Assembly: GCA_964459145.1 (NCBI GenBank)
Contig: CAYWKC010000002.1
Span: 1-56,929 of the forward strand
Reading direction: 5' to 3'
DNA from: an uncultured Candidatus Saccharibacteria bacterium
Lineage (GTDB): Bacteria; Patescibacteriota; Minisyncoccia; Phycocordibacterales; UBA12079
DNA length: 56,929 bases
Notes under the pieces: generated by a model
Told to the model about the DNA's origin: nothing
What the model saw: the letters and a program-made list of their open reading frames with translations, nothing else
The model's database searches: none
Part shown: positions 55,033-56,929 of the stretch, in pieces
Layout of the letters: each line of letters starts with the position of its first letter
How positions within the stretch are numbered: the first letter of the stretch is position 1
Translations under genes and position numbers: made by a program

Positions 55033-55070
55033 CTAATAAATTATATCTTATTAGATTTTAGAGTTTTTTG

Positions 55071-55096
55071 CAAAACAAAAAACCCTCTCGGGTTTA
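55071..55096 (-). terminator. Rho-independent terminator after tRNA-Asp
   Basis: Minus strand: AAACCC-GAGA-GGGTTT followed by TTTGTTTTG. Confidence 0.6.
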
Positions 55097-55112
55097 TGTT
55101 TTTCTAAAAAAG

Positions 55113-55185
55113 CGGACCCGACCGGATTTGAACCGGCGATCTATCGCGTGACAGGCGATTGTGTTAACCCCTACACCACGGGTCC
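55113..55185 (-). tRNA. tRNA-Asp (anticodon GTC)
   Basis: GGACCCG / TG / GTGT-AGGGGTTA-ACAC / A / ATCGC-CT[GTC]AC-GCGAT / AGATC / GCCGG-TTCAAAT-CCGGT / CGGGTCC-G. No CCA. Confidence 0.9.
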
Positions 55186-55880
55186 ATTTTTTGATTTCTT
55201 ATTTTTAAAAAATTCTTCAAATCGTTTTTTCTTTCTTAATAAAAGCAAATTCGTTTTAAGATTATCATACATTAAATGATATAACAATAATGAGTCGTTA
55301 ATGCTAAACTTCAAACAATATGCATTGCTATTTTTCCTTTTGTAAATTCCACCCCCCTTTATTCCTCTTTTCTGCAAACTTTTACATAAATCTTTAAGAA
55401 ATTCATTTGATGCAGAGGTAAAAGCTGTTTGTATAGTATAGGTATTTTTAAATCGTTTCCTCTGGATAAACCCAGTCCACACATTCCCGTCTCCATCAAA
55501 ATAACCTCGGATAAACTTTCCGAAATACTTTTTAGGAATATTAGGAAGTTTTAGTCGATAAGTTTTTCTTTCTTTAACGCCTAATTTCGCCAAATCCTCA
55601 CAAATTTCATTGCTCCCTATCTGTAATCGATAAAATGTACTTTTATCTTTCTTGTGAATTCTTTTGCTTATTTTATGTTCAGAGTCAAGCACAAGACGAA
55701 TACTATATAACAGATCTTTATCTTTTATTTGAATGGCAAAATAACTAGCCCCTCTTTTCCCAGTGAATACATATCCATCCGCCATAAAAAACCTAAAACA
55801 TAGGCCATTTCACTTGACCATTTCTTAAAAAATTTTTTATTAACTTGTTTAAAGATTGGCATCCTATCATTATACTTCAT
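55171..55880 (-). pseudogene. Two-motif LAGLIDADG homing endonuclease; first motif split by a 1-nt frameshift in a T6 run. The tracked ORF 55171-55785 is the downstream part.
   Basis: An upstream frame from ATG 55880 reads MKYNDRMPIFKQVNKKFFKKWSSEMAYVLGF. After the T6 run (plus-strand A6, 55786-55791) the tracked frame continues MADGYVFTGKRG. One extra T would join them as AYVLGFFMADGYVF (motif 1). Motif 2 is FIRGYFDGDGNVW. The stop lies 15 nt inside tRNA-Asp. Confidence 0.65.
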
Positions 55881-55922
55881 GACAGGACATGACACCAACT
55901 AATATTGTTGATACAAATTTTG

Positions 55923-55996
55923 TGTCGATGGTTGGAGTTGAACCAACGATCTGGCGCGTATGAGACGCCCGCTTTAACCAACTAAGCTACATCGAC
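55923..55996 (-). tRNA. tRNA with anticodon CAT, elongator type (Met, or Ile2 if lysidine-modified)
   Basis: GTCGATG / TA / GCTT-AGTTGGTTA-AAGC / G / GGCGT-CT[CAT]AC-GCGCC / AGATC / GTTGG-TTCAACT-CCAAC / CATCGAC-A. The G1-C72 pair argues against an initiator. Confidence 0.85.
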
Positions 55997-56677
55997 GTTA
56001 TTTAATTCTTTTGTTGCTTTTAAAAGACCTAATATTTTATACTTTAGCTCTGAACTTTTTCTTACTTTTAAAGATAAAACTCCGTAATAATTTTCATAAT
56101 TCTCGTACACTTTTTTTTGCTTCATTTTTAACAATACAGGATTCCCAAACTGTTCAATAGGTAATTCTAACAAATTAGACCAAAATTTCAAAACTTTATT
56201 AATGCGAGGCTTATGCATCTCATTTATAAAGATCCTAGGCATAAATTCTTCTTTTTTTATACCGAAGACAACATTAAACCACTTATACATAAACAAAATT
56301 GCTTCTTGATCCGAATTAACAAAAGCTAAGGAACTTTTATCTGATTTTACTCCCTCACCCCAATATAAACCGAGACCCGTCATAAACAAATCTCTTTTTG
56401 ACATTTTTTTAATAACTTCAACCCCTGATTTTTCATAAAATTTAATCTTTTCTAACTTTTTTTTGCGATTCATATTTGCCCCGATCATTCTTCCGTTATG
56501 ACCAGCTTCAATAGCGTTTCTCTTCAAAATCTCTTTTTGTTTTTTTGTTAAAGTAATCTCCTGGCACCATGAACTAACAGACCCTTTTGAGACATTCAAT
56601 TTTTTAACAATTGTATTAATACTCCAACCTTCCCTTCTTAATTGTTGCGCTTTTATTTTTTCTTGAAACTTAGCCAT
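55982..56677 (-). CDS. HTH + LAGLIDADG-like (single-motif) endonuclease-type protein
   Basis: N-terminal REGWSINTIVKKLNVSKGSVSSW (HTH-like). LFMTGLGLYWGEGVKSDKSSLAFVNSD resembles a LAGLIDADG helix-plus-strand block. The stop lies 15 nt inside tRNA-CAT. Confidence 0.5.
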   Translation of the reverse strand: MAKFQEKIKAQQLRREGWSINTIVKKLNVSKGSVSSWCQEITLTKKQKEILKRNAIEAGHNGRMIGANMNRKKKLEKIKFYEKSGVEVIKKMSKRDLFMTGLGLYWGEGVKSDKSSLAFVNSDQEAILFMYKWFNVVFGIKKEEFMPRIFINEMHKPRINKVLKFWSNLLELPIEQFGNPVLLKMKQKKVYENYENYYGVLSLKVRKSSELKYKILGLLKATKELNNVDVA

Positions 56678-56790
56678 TTCACTATATATTATAATATATG
56701 GTAAGTCTTATTACAAGGATAAAAACTTGTCTTTTCTAATTCATCTGTTAATATCTTAAATAGTTAAATTGTCCTTATCTGTTGTTACCA

Positions 56791-56823
56791 AACACCGCCA
56801 GCGGTTTAGCTGGCGGTGTTTTT
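56791..56823 (-). terminator. Strong hairpin downstream of tRNA-fMet
   Basis: AACACCGCCAGC-GGTTTA-GCTGGCGGTGTT (perfect 12-bp stem). T/A runs on both sides, so it could act bidirectionally. Confidence 0.65.
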
Positions 56824-56828
56824 ACTTG

Positions 56829-56899
56829 TTGCGGGAGCCTGATTCGAACAGACAACTGGAGGTTATGAGCCTCCCGAGTTACCCTTACTCCATCCCGCG
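56829..56899 (-). tRNA. Initiator tRNA-fMet (anticodon CAT)
   Basis: CGCGGGA / TG / GAGT-AAGGGTA-ACTC / G / GGAGG-CT[CAT]AA-CCTCC / AGTT / GTCTG-TTCGAAT-CAGGC / TCCCGCA-A. The C1xA72 mismatch and CGCGGG...CCCGCA acceptor match bacterial initiators. Confidence 0.85.
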
Positions 56900-56929
56900 A
56901 TATATATTAAATTTTATAAAAACTTTAAC

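Noticed and set aside
54881-56899. Genomic island or prophage integrated at the tRNA cluster; tRNA group I introns
   Set aside because: No integrase, direct repeats of tRNA 3' ends or phage genes are present. All five tRNAs fold as continuous cloverleaves, so the LAGLIDADG ORFs are intergenic rather than intron-encoded.
1-56929. Alternative genetic code (UGA recoding, as in some CPR lineages)
   Set aside because: Several full-length, motif-complete genes end at TGA (for example 2974-2976, and the ATGA junctions at 27253-27256 and 39355-39358). No ORF appears interrupted by in-frame TGA.

Overview
Visibly AT-rich, gene-dense bacterial window. It uses the standard genetic code: TAA, TAG and TGA all end full-length homologues. 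The small proteins, LAGLIDADG genes among tRNAs, a lamin-tail surface protein and a short Rel suggest a Patescibacteria/CPR-like genome, but that is inference only. No rRNA, CRISPR array, transposase or integrase was seen.

Layout:
- 1-5.5 kb: housekeeping genes (ychF fragment, KH protein, polyprenyl-phosphate sugar transferase, GIY-YIG singleton, PAP2 phosphatase, short Rel, LOG-like protein).
- 6.2-15.1 kb: a Wzm-like permease and a Wzt-like ATPase that are normally adjacent. Here they are split by about 6.8 kb carrying an RND pump with a long adaptor, a methyltransferase, an orphan MazF-like toxin and a GxxExxY nuclease-fold protein.
- 13.8-49.5 kb: a very large glycan-assembly superlocus. 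The plus-strand half runs to 35.9 kb and the minus-strand half follows. It holds about 18 glycosyltransferase-like genes (GT2, GT4, GT8, GT9, GT11, GT-C, DUF616, GnT-I-like), a TagF-like phosphotransferase, 5 SAM methyltransferases, Glf with a GtrA/GtrB/GT-C module, an amino-sugar module, two deacetylases, an epimerase/dehydratase and several unassignable proteins.
- 49.5-54.1 kb: a translationally coupled pair of a TM-less VirD4/TraD-like ATPase and a membrane-anchored LTD-PKD-LTD protein, then a DUF4015-like glycoside hydrolase and a small membrane protein.
- 54.1-56.9 kb: rsmI and five minus-strand tRNAs (fMet, Met/Ile2-CAT, Asp, Thr, Thr), interleaved with two LAGLIDADG-type genes. Each of those genes reads 15 nt into the tRNA that follows it.

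Most interesting signals:
- the ATPase/LTD pair;
- the tRNA/homing-endonuclease interleaving, including a homopolymer frameshift;
- a dispersed AAAGTC-type motif found both as intergenic inverted pairs and in frame inside GT4 genes;
- a six-copy YATTCGYA array upstream of the Wzt-like gene;
- an aminotransferase / nucleotidyltransferase / glycerate-2-kinase / TagF-like module that matches no textbook pathway.
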